A stretch of DNA of 64,000 bases from Candidatus Moraniibacteriota bacterium (GTDB lineage Bacteria > Patescibacteriota > Minisyncoccia > Moranbacterales > UBA1568). A program made the translations under genes and the position numbers. Below, one piece after another: positions 1 through 10,363 of the stretch. Position 1 is the stretch's first letter. Every line of letters starts with the position of its first letter. The notes beneath the pieces were generated by a model. It was given only the letters and a program-made list of their open reading frames with translations. It did not search any database and had not been told where the DNA came from. The DNA lies in assembly GCA_013334575.1 (NCBI GenBank), contig JAAXXG010000002.1, positions 69,377 to 133,376 of the forward strand. The letters run 5' to 3'.

Positions 1-1
1 C

Positions 2-409
2 TCCTTCGATCGATACTTCCTGCTCATGGCCCTGTCGGGAATATCGCTCGGCATCTGCCTTACCGCCGAACGCGCCCTTCAGAAGATGACAGGGTTCTCG
101 GCTGGCACGCTCCTCTCGTGGTGGTCACAGAGCGCCTTCCTCGGGCTGACAACGCTCGCATACCGGGAAAAGGGTCCGTATTCCGCCATCGATATCTCCG
201 TGACCGGCATTCTCCGATTCCTGCAATCCCTTTCCTGGGTCATCCTCATCTTCGTCGTCGGAAATCTCAGTATCGTCTCGAGCATTACCACGTTCAAGGT
301 GGTGATCGTCTTCGTCTTCGCAGCCCTCTTTCTCGGCGAGCGGGACGACATTCGGAGAAAAATCATCGGCAGCCTCGTCGCCGTCGCCGGACTCCTGATG
401 ATGAAATAG
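2..409 (+). CDS. EamA/DMT-family transporter, C-terminal part (5' truncated by window edge)
   Basis: Hydrophobic helices with DMT-like ending 'VFAALFLGER...IIGSLVAVAGLLM'; frame open to window start. Confidence 0.7.
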   Translation, partial: SFDRYFLLMALSGISLGICLTAERALQKMTGFSAGTLLSWWSQSAFLGLTTLAYREKGPYSAIDISVTGILRFLQSLSWVILIFVVGNLSIVSSITTFKVVIVFVFAALFLGERDDIRRKIIGSLVAVAGLLMMK

Positions 410-423
410 GTCCGACAACCAGG

Positions 424-1542
424 TCACCTACCGATAATACAGTCGAGGGTCTCGCGAGCGCAGCGGTCCCAGGAAAATCCACGCACACGCTCGTACCCCT
501 TCGCCCGCAGGTCGTCACGGACCGACGCGTCGCCCCAGAGGAGCGAAAGTTTGCCGGCGATATCGTCCTCATCATGCGGATCGGCATAGAGCGCCGCCTC
601 GCCACCGACCTCCGGCAGGCTCGAGACGTTGCCGAGCAGGACCGGCGTTCCGGATGCCATGGCCTCGAGCGCAGGAAGCCCGAACCCCTCGTACAGGGAC
701 GGGAACGCGAACAGACGGGCATTCCGATACCATGTCGGCAATTCCGAAAACGGCACCTTTCCGGTCCGCACGATATCGCCGGAGAACGGACTCCGGTCCA
801 TTCTGGTTACGATGGAATCGGACAGCCAGGCGCGCTCACCGACGATCACCAGCTTCATCTCCGGATGATGCAGTTTCGCCTTCTCGAAGGCGCCGACAAG
901 CCGGATCAGGTTCTTCCGAGGCTGGATCGCACCGACATAGAGCGCATAGGAACCGGGTTCGAGCCCGTAGCGGGACAAGATCGCGTCCCGCTCGGATCGG
1001 GGCGGTTCGGCCTCGAAAAAACCGGCATTGACCCCGTGATGAACGACATGGATCCTGGTCTCGGAAAGATCCGGAAACGAGACGAGCAGGTCCCGCTTCG
1101 TCGCTTCGGAGACCGCGATGATCCGGGTCGCCTTCCGCACCGTCGCCCCGAGCAGCAGGTTGAGCTTCGCGCGGGAAGCCGCCGGGAACGTTCCCGGAAA
1201 ATGCCGAAAGGCGAGGTCGTGTACGGTCGCGACGATCTCGACTCCATCCGGGGTCGCGATCGGCACGGCCTGCAGCGGTATGAATACCCGATCGGGACGC
1301 AGACGGAACAGAGCCTTCGCGAACGCGGTCTGCATCCACATCCGATCACCCGGAAACGTCCGGATATCGTAGTTCGGAAAGAAAGGCGGCGTCAGCTCCG
1401 GATTGAATGCCTCGCGATGGCAGACGAGAAACATATCGTCCGGCGCGAGCGCGCCGAACCGCTTCAGCAGTTCCAGGAGATAGACCCGAGTCCCATCCAC
1501 CCGCGAGGCGTCCAGATCGGCAGCCTGTACCGCGATACGCAT
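424..1542 (-). CDS. Glycosyltransferase family 4 (group 1)
   Basis: Start MRIAVQAAD; motifs [33 protein letters not shown]. Confidence 0.92.
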   Translation of the reverse strand: MRIAVQAADLDASRVDGTRVYLLELLKRFGALAPDDMFLVCHREAFNPELTPPFFPNYDIRTFPGDRMWMQTAFAKALFRLRPDRVFIPLQAVPIATPDGVEIVATVHDLAFRHFPGTFPAASRAKLNLLLGATVRKATRIIAVSEATKRDLLVSFPDLSETRIHVVHHGVNAGFFEAEPPRSERDAILSRYGLEPGSYALYVGAIQPRKNLIRLVGAFEKAKLHHPEMKLVIVGERAWLSDSIVTRMDRSPFSGDIVRTGKVPFSELPTWYRNARLFAFPSLYEGFGLPALEAMASGTPVLLGNVSSLPEVGGEAALYADPHDEDDIAGKLSLLWGDASVRDDLRAKGYERVRGFSWDRCARETLDCIIGR

Positions 1543-1547
1543 ACGTG

Positions 1548-2243
1548 TCAGGAGATAAGAGTCCCGTCGAACGCTCCGCCCGAAAGGTACCGGGAAACGT
1601 TCCCGAGATCGGCACCCGAAAGGATCGCGACTTCCATCCGTTCCTCTTCCGCGAGCCGGGAGGCGATCGGATCGAACGGCGCGCTCATGCCCGGACTCCA
1701 GCGGTCGCCGACAAGCGCACGGAATTCCGCCCAGGTCATCCGTTCGTACCGCTTCGCGTCCGGATGTTCCCGTGGGTCCCGGTCGTATACGTGATCTATG
1801 TTCGAAAGGTTCACGATACGGCGCACGCCGAGATACTTCCCGAGCAGGGTCGCGTCGTAGTCGGTGGAGAATCCCGGCCGCCAGCCGGCCGCGACGAGAA
1901 CCGGATCCTTGGCGACATAGAAGTCCTCGAGATCGTGCGGATTGGTGTTGATGCGAGGATACGCGTGATCGCGAAGGATCGTCCGGAGCAGGTGCGCGTT
2001 GAGCCGCGTCGCGTGGATACCCATCCAATCGCGATCCTCGTCCGTGACCGGGAACGCTTCGGCCGCGGCATCGATATACGATCGTGCCGTCCGTCCGCCT
2101 CCGGTAACGATGATGAACCGCTTGCCGGCGGCCACCTCGTCGTCGATGAAGGACCGGAACGATTTCAGGAACTCGCGATCGATGCCGTCCGGCACGATAA
2201 GCGATCCGCCCAACGATATGATGACGCGGTCCGATTCCTGCAT
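1548..2243 (-). CDS. pyrH: UMP kinase, archaeal type
   Basis: IISLGGSLI, TGGGRTARSYI, PGFSTDYDA, APFDPIA motifs. Confidence 0.9.
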   Translation of the reverse strand: MQESDRVIISLGGSLIVPDGIDREFLKSFRSFIDDEVAAGKRFIIVTGGGRTARSYIDAAAEAFPVTDEDRDWMGIHATRLNAHLLRTILRDHAYPRINTNPHDLEDFYVAKDPVLVAAGWRPGFSTDYDATLLGKYLGVRRIVNLSNIDHVYDRDPREHPDAKRYERMTWAEFRALVGDRWSPGMSAPFDPIASRLAEEERMEVAILSGADLGNVSRYLSGGAFDGTLIS

Positions 2244-2258
2244 ACTCGTACGGTTCAA

Positions 2259-3506
2259 TTACGCCTTCTGGGCCAGGTACGACGGAAGATCCGAAAGCGG
2301 GACGTCGACAGCCGAGTCTTCCGTCCGGCGCTTCACCTCGGCCGTGCCGGATTCCGCGGCACGCTTCCCGATGACGACACGGTACGGGATACCGAGAAGA
2401 TCGCTCTCCGCGAACTTCTCGCCCGCTCGCAGGTCGCGATCGTCGTAGAGGACCTCGATTCCCGCTTCCGAGAAGGCGCGATAGGTCTCGTCGGCGAGGT
2501 CGTCCGCCCCGAGGGAAAGCAGGTGCACCCGGAAGGGTGCGACCGACCCCGGCCACACGAGCCCCTTTTCGTCGGCGAACAGTTCGGCTATGACTCCCAT
2601 CAGGCGACTGATCCCGATGCCGTAGCACCCCATGACGATCGACTGATTCTCCCCCTTCTCGTCGTTGAACGACACTCCCAGCGCGTCGGTATATTTCGAT
2701 TCCAGATGGAACGTATTTCCGACTTCGACCGCCTTTTTCGGGACGAGAGCGCTCCGGTCGAGTCCGAGTTTCTCGAGGTTCTCGTCCGTCAGTATCTCCT
2801 CGTTCACGGCAATTCCCTTCGATTCGTCGAGATAGATGACGTCCTCCCCGACCTCGGTCAGGGTCTGGAACTCGTCGCTGAACCGCGAAGTGAAGATCCC
2901 TCCGTCGGCATGCGTGCGGTACGTGATATCGCCGAGACCGAGCCGCCCGTAGACCCTGAAATAGGCCTCGACGATCCTTTCGTATTCGCGCTCGTGCTGT
3001 TCCTGGTCCCGACTGAACGAATACATGTCCTTCATCAGGAACTCGCGCCCCCGAAGCAGCCCGCTCTTCGCCCGCAGTTCGTTCCTGAACTTGTTCTGGA
3101 TCTGATAGACGGAAAAAGGAAAATCCCTGTATGAGCTGACGTACTCGCCTATCGCATCGACGATCGGTTCCTCGTGGGTCAGTCCGACACCGAGTTCGGC
3201 GCCGCTTACCAGTCTCGTTTTGAACCAGTTATCGACTTTGGAATCGTCCCACCGGTCGGTCTTCTCCCAGATATCCTTCGGCTGCAGCGTCGTCATCATC
3301 AGTTCCTGTCCGCCGACGGCGTTCATTTCCTCGCGCACGATCGCCTTGATCTTCTCGAGGACGCGCAACCCGAGCGGCAGGTACGCATATACCCCCGCCA
3401 TCTCCTTATGGATGAATCCAGCCCGGATGAGCAGCTGCGCGTTCCGGCTTTCCTCGTCCTTCGGCGTCTCCCGTCTCGCTTTCGTGAACAACTGGCTCTG
3501 TCGCAT
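2259..3506 (-). CDS. proS: Proline--tRNA ligase, short form without editing domain
   Basis: MRQSQLF start; LLIRAGFI, KFRNELRAKSGLLRGREFLMKDMYSF, MGCYGIGISR; anticodon domain GEKFAESDLLGIP. Confidence 0.93.
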   Translation of the reverse strand: MRQSQLFTKARRETPKDEESRNAQLLIRAGFIHKEMAGVYAYLPLGLRVLEKIKAIVREEMNAVGGQELMMTTLQPKDIWEKTDRWDDSKVDNWFKTRLVSGAELGVGLTHEEPIVDAIGEYVSSYRDFPFSVYQIQNKFRNELRAKSGLLRGREFLMKDMYSFSRDQEQHEREYERIVEAYFRVYGRLGLGDITYRTHADGGIFTSRFSDEFQTLTEVGEDVIYLDESKGIAVNEEILTDENLEKLGLDRSALVPKKAVEVGNTFHLESKYTDALGVSFNDEKGENQSIVMGCYGIGISRLMGVIAELFADEKGLVWPGSVAPFRVHLLSLGADDLADETYRAFSEAGIEVLYDDRDLRAGEKFAESDLLGIPYRVVIGKRAAESGTAEVKRRTEDSAVDVPLSDLPSYLAQKA

Positions 3507-3607
3507 AGTCGAAGCGGTTAGTATCGCGTCCATGATATCCCGGATACGCCGCTCCGTCAAAGCAAAACCGGCCCGACAAGCGGACCGGAATGCGGGACGC
3601 TCGCCCC

Positions 3608-4825
3608 CTAGAACCGGACCGGAATCGCAAGTTCCTTTCCATCCCGAAGAACGAGAAGCGATGCCTCGTCCCCCTTCGAATGCCCGCCGATCGCGACCGA
3701 AAGCGGATTGTCCAGATTGATTTCCTTCCCGTCCACCGCGATAACGATATCCCCGAAACGGAGCCCGGCCTTCGCAGCCGGAGATCCGGCGAGAACCGAA
3801 AGTCCGGTCTTTCCCGACGGCGAATAGATAAGCGCGCCGCGATCGCGGCCGGAAGCCCCATCCCCGACCGCCGAGGCCTTCGTGAGCGTAAGGTAATACG
3901 CGCCAAGCGAGGCGCGATCCGACAGTTTTCCGGCGACGGCAAGCGAAAGAGTGTCTCGGACGACGTTCGAAGGAAGCAGGAAATGCCGTTCCTTCCCGTC
4001 GAAGACGACGCTCCCGAACAGTCCGACCATCTCGCCGCGAAAATTCACCGCCGGACCGCCAAGATAGGGGCTGGGATCCGCTATGTCCGCTTCAAAAACG
4101 CCCTCCCATTTCTCGGACGAGGCCACGGTCTTCCCGGACAGGTTGAACAGCTTGTTCCGGTTCGAAAGCACGCCGATCGAAAACCGGTTCTGATATTCCT
4201 CGTACGCGTTCCCGATGGCGACGAGCTTCTTTCCCGGTGCCGAATCGTCGGAATTCGCGAGTGCGATCGCCGGAAATCCCGTTCCGTCGATACGAAGGAA
4301 CGAGAGGTTCGTCAGACGGTCGTACCCGAGAAACTTCGCTTCGTGATCGGAGCCGTCATAGAGAAGCACATGGAAAGACGATCCGGGATACGGAACCTGA
4401 GCGGACTCCGAGGGGACGTCGTCCCGCTGGGAAGGGTCGCCGTACGTCGCGACGACGCCGTCGTTCGTAAGGATGACACCGGTACGGCTGCGCGACTCAC
4501 GGACGGACGAAGAAGTGCCGTTCGGGAGTGATATGACGATATTGACCACCGCCGTCGCGGGCTGCGAAACGATCGTCTCCACGGAATCGTCTTCGCGGAC
4601 GACCATCTGTTCCTTGCGCTCGATGACCATGGTGCTCCCGGCGACGTCCCGAAACAGCTCCATGCGCGACAGTCCCGGAAACGACGCGACCAGGGACGGC
4701 ACGACGTGTCCGCGAAAATAGACACCGCCCGATCCGCCGATCACGAACACCGAGACGACGAACGCGAGCCATTTCGCGAGCGTCTTCAATTTCTCCTTCC
4801 CGAACATGTTCCGTATCTTTCCCAT
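3608..4825 (-). CDS. HtrA/DegP-like trypsin-fold + PDZ membrane protein with degenerate catalytic triad
   Basis: N-terminal TM; TGVILTNDG, GGPAVNFRGEMVG; PDZ GSPAAKAGLRFGDIVIAVDG. Confidence 0.85.
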   Translation of the reverse strand: MGKIRNMFGKEKLKTLAKWLAFVVSVFVIGGSGGVYFRGHVVPSLVASFPGLSRMELFRDVAGSTMVIERKEQMVVREDDSVETIVSQPATAVVNIVISLPNGTSSSVRESRSRTGVILTNDGVVATYGDPSQRDDVPSESAQVPYPGSSFHVLLYDGSDHEAKFLGYDRLTNLSFLRIDGTGFPAIALANSDDSAPGKKLVAIGNAYEEYQNRFSIGVLSNRNKLFNLSGKTVASSEKWEGVFEADIADPSPYLGGPAVNFRGEMVGLFGSVVFDGKERHFLLPSNVVRDTLSLAVAGKLSDRASLGAYYLTLTKASAVGDGASGRDRGALIYSPSGKTGLSVLAGSPAAKAGLRFGDIVIAVDGKEINLDNPLSVAIGGHSKGDEASLLVLRDGKELAIPVRF

Positions 4826-4909
4826 AGTCGGAGATATTCTCTTATGATCCGTGAAGCACACCATCCGGAATACCATACCGGAAGCGTTCCGGCAAGGGTC
4901 CGATGCCGT

Positions 4910-5665
4910 TCAGACCTGCAGCGTCCACGGCGACGTCGCGAGCAGGAGCGCGATAAGCAGGAACGACAGGCCGAGGTACCAGAGTGTCCGCTTCCGGGAA
5001 ATGTCTCCGGAAAACAGCGAGTTCGCCATGTCCCAAAGGATATAGAACGCCAGCAGCGACGCGGCTCCGGTCACGAGGTACCCGAACGGCCAAAAAGACA
5101 CGATCCAGGCGATTTCGCCGATTCCGAAAGCGATGATCGAGGAATAAAGCGCCACCCGACTCCGGTCTCCGGGAAGCGAAAGGGAGAGCGTCTGATAGGC
5201 AGCGCCGAACGAACCCAGCGCGAACGAGACGACGAGCGATGCGAGCGGGACGGCAAAGTTCAGATAAAACCCGAAGGCTGCCGCGAAAAAGAAGAACAAG
5301 GCGGACAGCATCGAGACCGCGAGAAAGGTCGCCGCGGTACGGTCCTTGGGCGCGAACCGCATACGGTAGAGCCCCAGGAACGCGACGTAATAGACGCCGG
5401 TCGCGATAACGGAGAATGCGAGTTTCTCCGACGGATCGTCGACGAGCGACAGGAGCGACGGGGCCGAGAACGATATAAGCAGCGGAACGAAGCCGTTCCG
5501 ATACCGTTTCGTTATCCTTTTCGCCGATACGAGCGACAGGACCGAGAGGAACAGGATCGAAAAGACGTATCCGACCCAGAACGAATCGTATTCCCGCGCC
5601 GCAACGAACTGCATTCCGAGGAAGAACGCGACCGACCAGAAAAAGACGGTGAAGTGGAAAATCAT
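4910..5665 (-). CDS. Multi-pass membrane protein of unknown function
   Basis: About 8 hydrophobic segments; co-oriented with neighbours. Confidence 0.7.
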   Translation of the reverse strand: MIFHFTVFFWSVAFFLGMQFVAAREYDSFWVGYVFSILFLSVLSLVSAKRITKRYRNGFVPLLISFSAPSLLSLVDDPSEKLAFSVIATGVYYVAFLGLYRMRFAPKDRTAATFLAVSMLSALFFFFAAAFGFYLNFAVPLASLVVSFALGSFGAAYQTLSLSLPGDRSRVALYSSIIAFGIGEIAWIVSFWPFGYLVTGAASLLAFYILWDMANSLFSGDISRKRTLWYLGLSFLLIALLLATSPWTLQV

Positions 5666-5777
5666 ATCGTTTCGGAGATATCGGTAGCGTAGCAGGGAGC
5701 CATGAAGGAAGCAAGCCGATAACAATAGATCGAATCGAACACGGCAAACAAAACGGCGTCATCAGGGCATAACAAAA

Positions 5778-5805
5778 GGCTCATGCGACCGAAGTCACAT
5801 GAGCC
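5778..5805 (-). terminator. Intrinsic terminator of the 5835 gene
   Basis: GGCTCATG...CATGAGCC hairpin followed by TTTT on the minus strand. Confidence 0.6.
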
Positions 5806-5834
5806 AACACCTATTCGGTATCTTCTCTTCGTCA

Positions 5835-6566
5835 TCAGGCGAATGCCTTCTTTATCCCCCGCACCTCCCTCAGAAGATCTTTCCTTTCCGGAAGAAATCG
5901 TCGGATAACATTCTCGGCATCGGAAAGATAGAGGTTTTCGATATTCATACGTACCACCTCGATGACGACATCGGGGTGATTCGCGCCCAGAGCTGCGGCC
6001 TGATCGTAATGCCGATCGTACAAGAGCTTCCGTAAGTAGACGCGAATATATGCCTCATTCGGCTCGTCATATTCTCTCGCAAGTTCGATCTTCCGCACCA
6101 AGCCGACTTCCTCGTCACGCAACACCTCCTTTGCCAGCTCACGTTTCTGATCCTCGGTAATCGTGAACTTCGTACTCTTCCGAAGAGGATCCCAGTAAGA
6201 ATCCGCCTGAAGAAGGTTTTTATATATCAGTTTCTCGATATCGATGCGGACTTTCGCATCACTGATATATTTTCCGACCCAGTCGAGTTCCGCCGGTGTT
6301 ACGATCATACGTCTCCGTCTCCGTTCTTCGCAGAAATCCCGGAAGCTTTCGAACATTTCCCCATCATTCGTTAAAGATAGGGCATCGGGGCAAAGCGCAA
6401 TGATACTATCCAGCACCTCCAGCTTTTGAAACTCAAAAGCCCCCTTTCTCGAAACGATATACAGGAACGCTTCCTTGGTCAGTTCCCGAAGTTTGCCTCC
6501 GCTCAGGTCATTCTTAAGTACCTTTAAGCGAATCCACGGGTTACGAACGTTTTCGATCAGTGACAT
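5835..6566 (-). CDS. Hypothetical helical protein (accessory, lower GC)
   Basis: SD-like AAGGGGG before MSLIENV; own promoter and terminator. Confidence 0.7.
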   Translation of the reverse strand: MSLIENVRNPWIRLKVLKNDLSGGKLRELTKEAFLYIVSRKGAFEFQKLEVLDSIIALCPDALSLTNDGEMFESFRDFCEERRRRRMIVTPAELDWVGKYISDAKVRIDIEKLIYKNLLQADSYWDPLRKSTKFTITEDQKRELAKEVLRDEEVGLVRKIELAREYDEPNEAYIRVYLRKLLYDRHYDQAAALGANHPDVVIEVVRMNIENLYLSDAENVIRRFLPERKDLLREVRGIKKAFA

Positions 6567-6725
6567 GATTCCCCCTTGCGATTTGAGTCCGTCGACTTGT
6601 TTGTTGGCAAAGAAAAGCCCTTGACGGCTTACTACTTTCATGAGCAGCATTCCCGATGCCATAAATTCTGATATCGCAAATACTGCCCAAGAAATAACAG
6701 GACAATCTTAACGAACAAGATAAAT

Positions 6726-6754
6726 ATTTTAGCATTATTTATAATTTTAGTCAA
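6726..6754 (-). promoter_or_regulatory. sigma70 promoter for the 5835 gene
   Basis: TTGACT-17 bp-TAAAAT with TG extended -10. Confidence 0.65.
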
Positions 6755-6762
6755 TTACTTGC

Positions 6763-6819
6763 ACATTCATAGAAAAATCAGGGCTTGTACAAGCCCTGAT
6801 TTTTCAGAAAGCGCATTTC
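6763..6819. repeat. ~58-bp palindromic junction element, copy 1 (divergent)
   Basis: GAAAAATCAGGGCT-TGTACA-AGCCCTGATTTTTC; aligns with the other copies at TTCA, A-tract and GCT-N6-AGC. Confidence 0.6.
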
Positions 6820-6857
6820 GGAAAAATTGCCGCTGTACACCAACCGACAACAATCAT

Positions 6858-9503
6858 TTATTTATCTGCTGTTTTCTGTCTCTTCTTCGCCGCCCCGAAC
6901 GAGAACCCTTCCTTTCCGGCATCCACCTCGATGCCCGCGGCCGGAACCTTCCCTTCGATGACCTCGAGCGCCAGCGGGTCGAGGATATCGCCCTGAATCA
7001 CGCGTCGCAGCGGCCGCGCCCCATAGAACGGGTCGAACCCCTTCTCGGCAAGACGCTTGCGGGCCGCATCCGTGAACGTGACGGCGATCTCCTTCGCAGC
7101 GAGCCGTTCGGCCACCTTCGCGAGCTCGAGATCCACGATCTTCCGGATGATATCGCGTCCGAGCGGATGGAAGATGACGATCTCATCGATACGGTTGAGG
7201 AACTCCGGACGGAAGGTTTCCCGGAGGCTCGACATCACCTTGGTACGGATCGCCTCCTCGGAAAGCTCCTCCTCTCCCTTCTTCGGTTTCTCCTCGCTGA
7301 ACCCGAGCCGCTCCGCCCTCGTAAGGGTCTCGGACCCGACATTCGACGTCATGATGATGACCGTATTCTTGAACGATACCGTCCGCCCCTTCGCATCGGT
7401 CAGTCGTCCGTCGTCGAGGATCTGCAGCAGGATATTGAACACGTCGGGATGCGCCTTCTCGATCTCGTCGAAGAGGATCACGGCATACGGCCGGCGGCGG
7501 ACCTTCTCGGTGAGCTGCCCGCCCTCGTCGTAACCGACGTATCCCGGCGGCGACCCGATGAGCTTCGCGGTCGAATGGGATTCCATGTACTCGCTCATGT
7601 CCACGCGCACGAGCGCCCGCTCGTCGTCGAACAGGAATCCGGCAAGCGCCTTCGCGAGTTCGGTCTTACCGACGCCCGTCGTGCCCAGAAAGATGAAGGA
7701 GCCGATGGGGCGCCCCTCCTCGGAAAGTCCGGCCCGAGACCGACGAATGGCGTTCGAAACCGCCTGGATCGCCTCGTCCTGCCCCACGACACGTCTCTCG
7801 AGTTCCCGCTCCATATGAACGAGCTTCTTCGCCTCGGTCTCGAGCATCTTGGAGACGGGAACGCCGGTCCACTTGGATACGACCGCCGCGACGTCTTCCT
7901 CGGTGATCTCCTCCTTGAGGATGGAGCCCGCCTGCTGAAGCTTCGTCAGTTTCTTCTCCTCGGCCGCGAGCGCCTTCTGGATCTCGGGAATCTTCCCGTA
8001 CCGGATCTCGGCGACGCGGTCGAGTTCCCCGCGTCGCTCGGCCATATCGGCTTCCGATTTCAGCCGATCGATATCGGCCTTGTGCGCCCGCAGGCCCGCG
8101 ATCAGATTCCGCTCCCCCTTCCACTGGAGCGAGAGCTTACCCGACTTCTCGCGCAGGTCCGCAAGTTCGCGGTCGAGTTCCGCGACCTTCTTCCCGGACT
8201 TCTCGTCCGAGTCCTTTTCGAGAGCGCGCTTCTCGATCTCCATCCGGCGGATGTTCCGTTCAAGCGTATCGAGTTCGGTCGGCAGCGAATCGATCTCCAT
8301 GCGGCGCAGCGATGCGGCCTCGTCCACGAGGTCGATCGCCTTGTCCGGCAGGAACCGATCGGAAATATACCGCCGGGAAAGCCGCACCGCCGCGACGATC
8401 GCGTCGTCCGTAATGCGGACCCCATGATGCAACTCGTACTTCTCCTTGATGCCGCGCAGGATCGCGATCGCGTCCTCCTCGGACGGTTCGGATACGAAGA
8501 CCGGCTGAAACCGCCGCTCGAACGCCGCGTCCTTCTCGATGTATTTCTGGTATTCCTTGAGGGTCGTGGCGCCGATCGTCCGCAGCTTTCCGCGAGCCAA
8601 AGCGGGTTTGAGCATGTTCGACGCGTCGAGCGTGCCCTCGGTCGCGCCCGCTCCGACGAGCGTATGGATCTCGTCGATGAACAGGATGAACCGGTCGGCG
8701 GAGCGTTCCACCTCCTTCAGGACCGCCTTCAGGCGCTCCTCAAACTCGCCGCGGAACTTAGCACCCGCCAGAAGCGCCCCGAGGTCGAGCGAGATGATCT
8801 CGCGGCCCGTGAGATTCTCCGGCACGTCGCCCGAGACGATCCGCTGCGCGAGCCCCTCGGCGATCGCCGTCTTGCCGGTCCCGGCCTCACCGATCAGGAC
8901 CGGATTGTTCTTCGTCCGGCGCGACAGGACCTGCATCACCCGGCGGATCTCCTCGTCGCGGCCGATAACCGGATCGAGTTTCTCCTCGCGAGCGAGCTTG
9001 GTCAGGTTCACCGCATACTTGTCGAGCGCCTGATACGACGCTTCCGGATTGTCGCTCTCGACACGCGCACCGCCGCGTATTCCCGAGAGCGCCCGGAGAA
9101 CCTTGTCCCGGTCGGCACCGGAACGTTCCAATATCTTTTTCGCCTCGCTCTCGACCGACAGGAGTCCGAGCAGCAGGTGCTCGGTCGAGACGAACGAGTC
9201 TCCCATCGCTTTCATCTCCTTCTCGGCCGCATCGAAGGTCTTCGCGAGCGCCGGCGTAAGATAGAGTTGCGGACCGGTCGACCCCTTCGGGAACGCATCG
9301 ATCACCGAAAGCGTCGCGCCCTTGAGCGCGGAGAGGTCCGCTCCGGCCTGCGAGAGCGCGACCGGAACGACCGAATCCTCCTGAAGGAGAAGCGCGTAGA
9401 GCAGGTGCTCCGGACGAAACTCGGCGTTCCCCCGCGAAAGCGCGTTCTCCTGCGCGTTACGCAGCGCCTCCTGGCTCTTCTGCGTGAAATTGCTGATATT
9501 CAT
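6858..9503 (-). CDS. clpB: ATP-dependent chaperone ClpB
   Basis: Clp N repeats; [13 protein letters not shown]; Walker A GEAGTGKT and GTTGVGKT; coiled-coil M domain; [11 protein letters not shown]. Confidence 0.97.
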   Translation of the reverse strand: MNISNFTQKSQEALRNAQENALSRGNAEFRPEHLLYALLLQEDSVVPVALSQAGADLSALKGATLSVIDAFPKGSTGPQLYLTPALAKTFDAAEKEMKAMGDSFVSTEHLLLGLLSVESEAKKILERSGADRDKVLRALSGIRGGARVESDNPEASYQALDKYAVNLTKLAREEKLDPVIGRDEEIRRVMQVLSRRTKNNPVLIGEAGTGKTAIAEGLAQRIVSGDVPENLTGREIISLDLGALLAGAKFRGEFEERLKAVLKEVERSADRFILFIDEIHTLVGAGATEGTLDASNMLKPALARGKLRTIGATTLKEYQKYIEKDAAFERRFQPVFVSEPSEEDAIAILRGIKEKYELHHGVRITDDAIVAAVRLSRRYISDRFLPDKAIDLVDEAASLRRMEIDSLPTELDTLERNIRRMEIEKRALEKDSDEKSGKKVAELDRELADLREKSGKLSLQWKGERNLIAGLRAHKADIDRLKSEADMAERRGELDRVAEIRYGKIPEIQKALAAEEKKLTKLQQAGSILKEEITEEDVAAVVSKWTGVPVSKMLETEAKKLVHMERELERRVVGQDEAIQAVSNAIRRSRAGLSEEGRPIGSFIFLGTTGVGKTELAKALAGFLFDDERALVRVDMSEYMESHSTAKLIGSPPGYVGYDEGGQLTEKVRRRPYAVILFDEIEKAHPDVFNILLQILDDGRLTDAKGRTVSFKNTVIIMTSNVGSETLTRAERLGFSEEKPKKGEEELSEEAIRTKVMSSLRETFRPEFLNRIDEIVIFHPLGRDIIRKIVDLELAKVAERLAAKEIAVTFTDAARKRLAEKGFDPFYGARPLRRVIQGDILDPLALEVIEGKVPAAGIEVDAGKEGFSFGAAKKRQKTADK

Positions 9504-9617
9504 AGCCGTGAAGAATCAAGGATTACGAACCGGGAACGAAAGCCTCCATTCCGTATGATTCTCGCTTCCCTTTTTCCCGATCCTTCTTCGGCTCCATTCT
9601 ATACCGAAAAACAAAAA

Positions 9618-9644
9618 TTAGCAATCTCATATAGAGAGTGCTAA
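9618..9644 (-). promoter_or_regulatory. CIRCE (HrcA operator) upstream of clpB
   Basis: TTAGCAATC-N9-GAGTGCTAA on + strand, one mismatch to consensus. Confidence 0.9.
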
Positions 9645-9850
9645 TCCCGTCAATCCGATCTGCGCGATACATTTTACGGAAATTTACTTTCCCAAGCGAT
9701 TCTTCTGCCTGAATTTCCGCCCCATATCCTCACGTTCTATATTTCCAAAATCGAACGGATGTCTCGTATCGAACGATTCTTGACAGGCGAAGCAGGATGG
9801 CCGAGGATGCGAATGAACGTCTTCGCTCACCTTAAAAACAAGGAGTCCTT

Positions 9851-10300
9851 ATGCTGACACCGGTTAACTTCCAGAATGATCCGCTTCGTCACGCGAAACG
9901 GAGTCTCAGGCTGATTTCCGTTCTGCTTCTCATTCCGATTCTCATTCCAGCCATCTGTTGGATGCTCCCAAAAGGGGCACAGCGTTCCATATCGGCATCC
10001 GCCGATAGATTGGCCTCGTTTCTCGACGGAAATGAGTATCTGATGTATGAAATAACCGCCACTTTCCTGCTTTTCGTTTTCGTTTTCTTCGCCTTACGCA
10101 TCGTCACCGAACTCATCACGACCATCTCCCGCCATTTACTTGAAAGATTCCGCAACGAAACGACCGAGGGCAGGATATTCCGCTTTCATCCCGTACTCAC
10201 GCTCACCTTGACGTTCCTCGCGACCATTTTTTTTCTTTTCACGGAATGGGGGCGGAACTCCATCCTGTTCCTTGCTAACATACTCTTTCTCTCGAACTAG
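9851..10300 (+). CDS. Hypothetical membrane protein (3 TM)
   Basis: AAGGAG SD; hydrophobic segments; terminator downstream. Confidence 0.7.
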   Translation: MLTPVNFQNDPLRHAKRSLRLISVLLLIPILIPAICWMLPKGAQRSISASADRLASFLDGNEYLMYEITATFLLFVFVFFALRIVTELITTISRHLLERFRNETTEGRIFRFHPVLTLTLTFLATIFFLFTEWGRNSILFLANILFLSN

Positions 10301-10314
10301 CGAGCCGAAAGAAC

Positions 10315-10344
10315 AAAAAAAGGCATGTAACCATGCCTTTTTTT
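10315..10344. terminator. Bidirectional intrinsic terminator
   Basis: A-tract-GGCATG-TAAC-CATGCC-T-tract between convergent genes. Confidence 0.75.
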
Positions 10345-10363
10345 ATTTTCGAATCCGTATCCG

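Noticed and set aside
118-3134. Long plus-strand ORFs 118-1794 and 1407-3134, and the 734-aa extension of the glycosyltransferase
   Set aside because: They overlap well-supported GT4, pyrH and proS; the GT homology begins at 1542
6759-9644. 961-aa plus-strand ORF
   Set aside because: Antisense shadow of clpB caused by high-GC codon bias; no recognisable motifs
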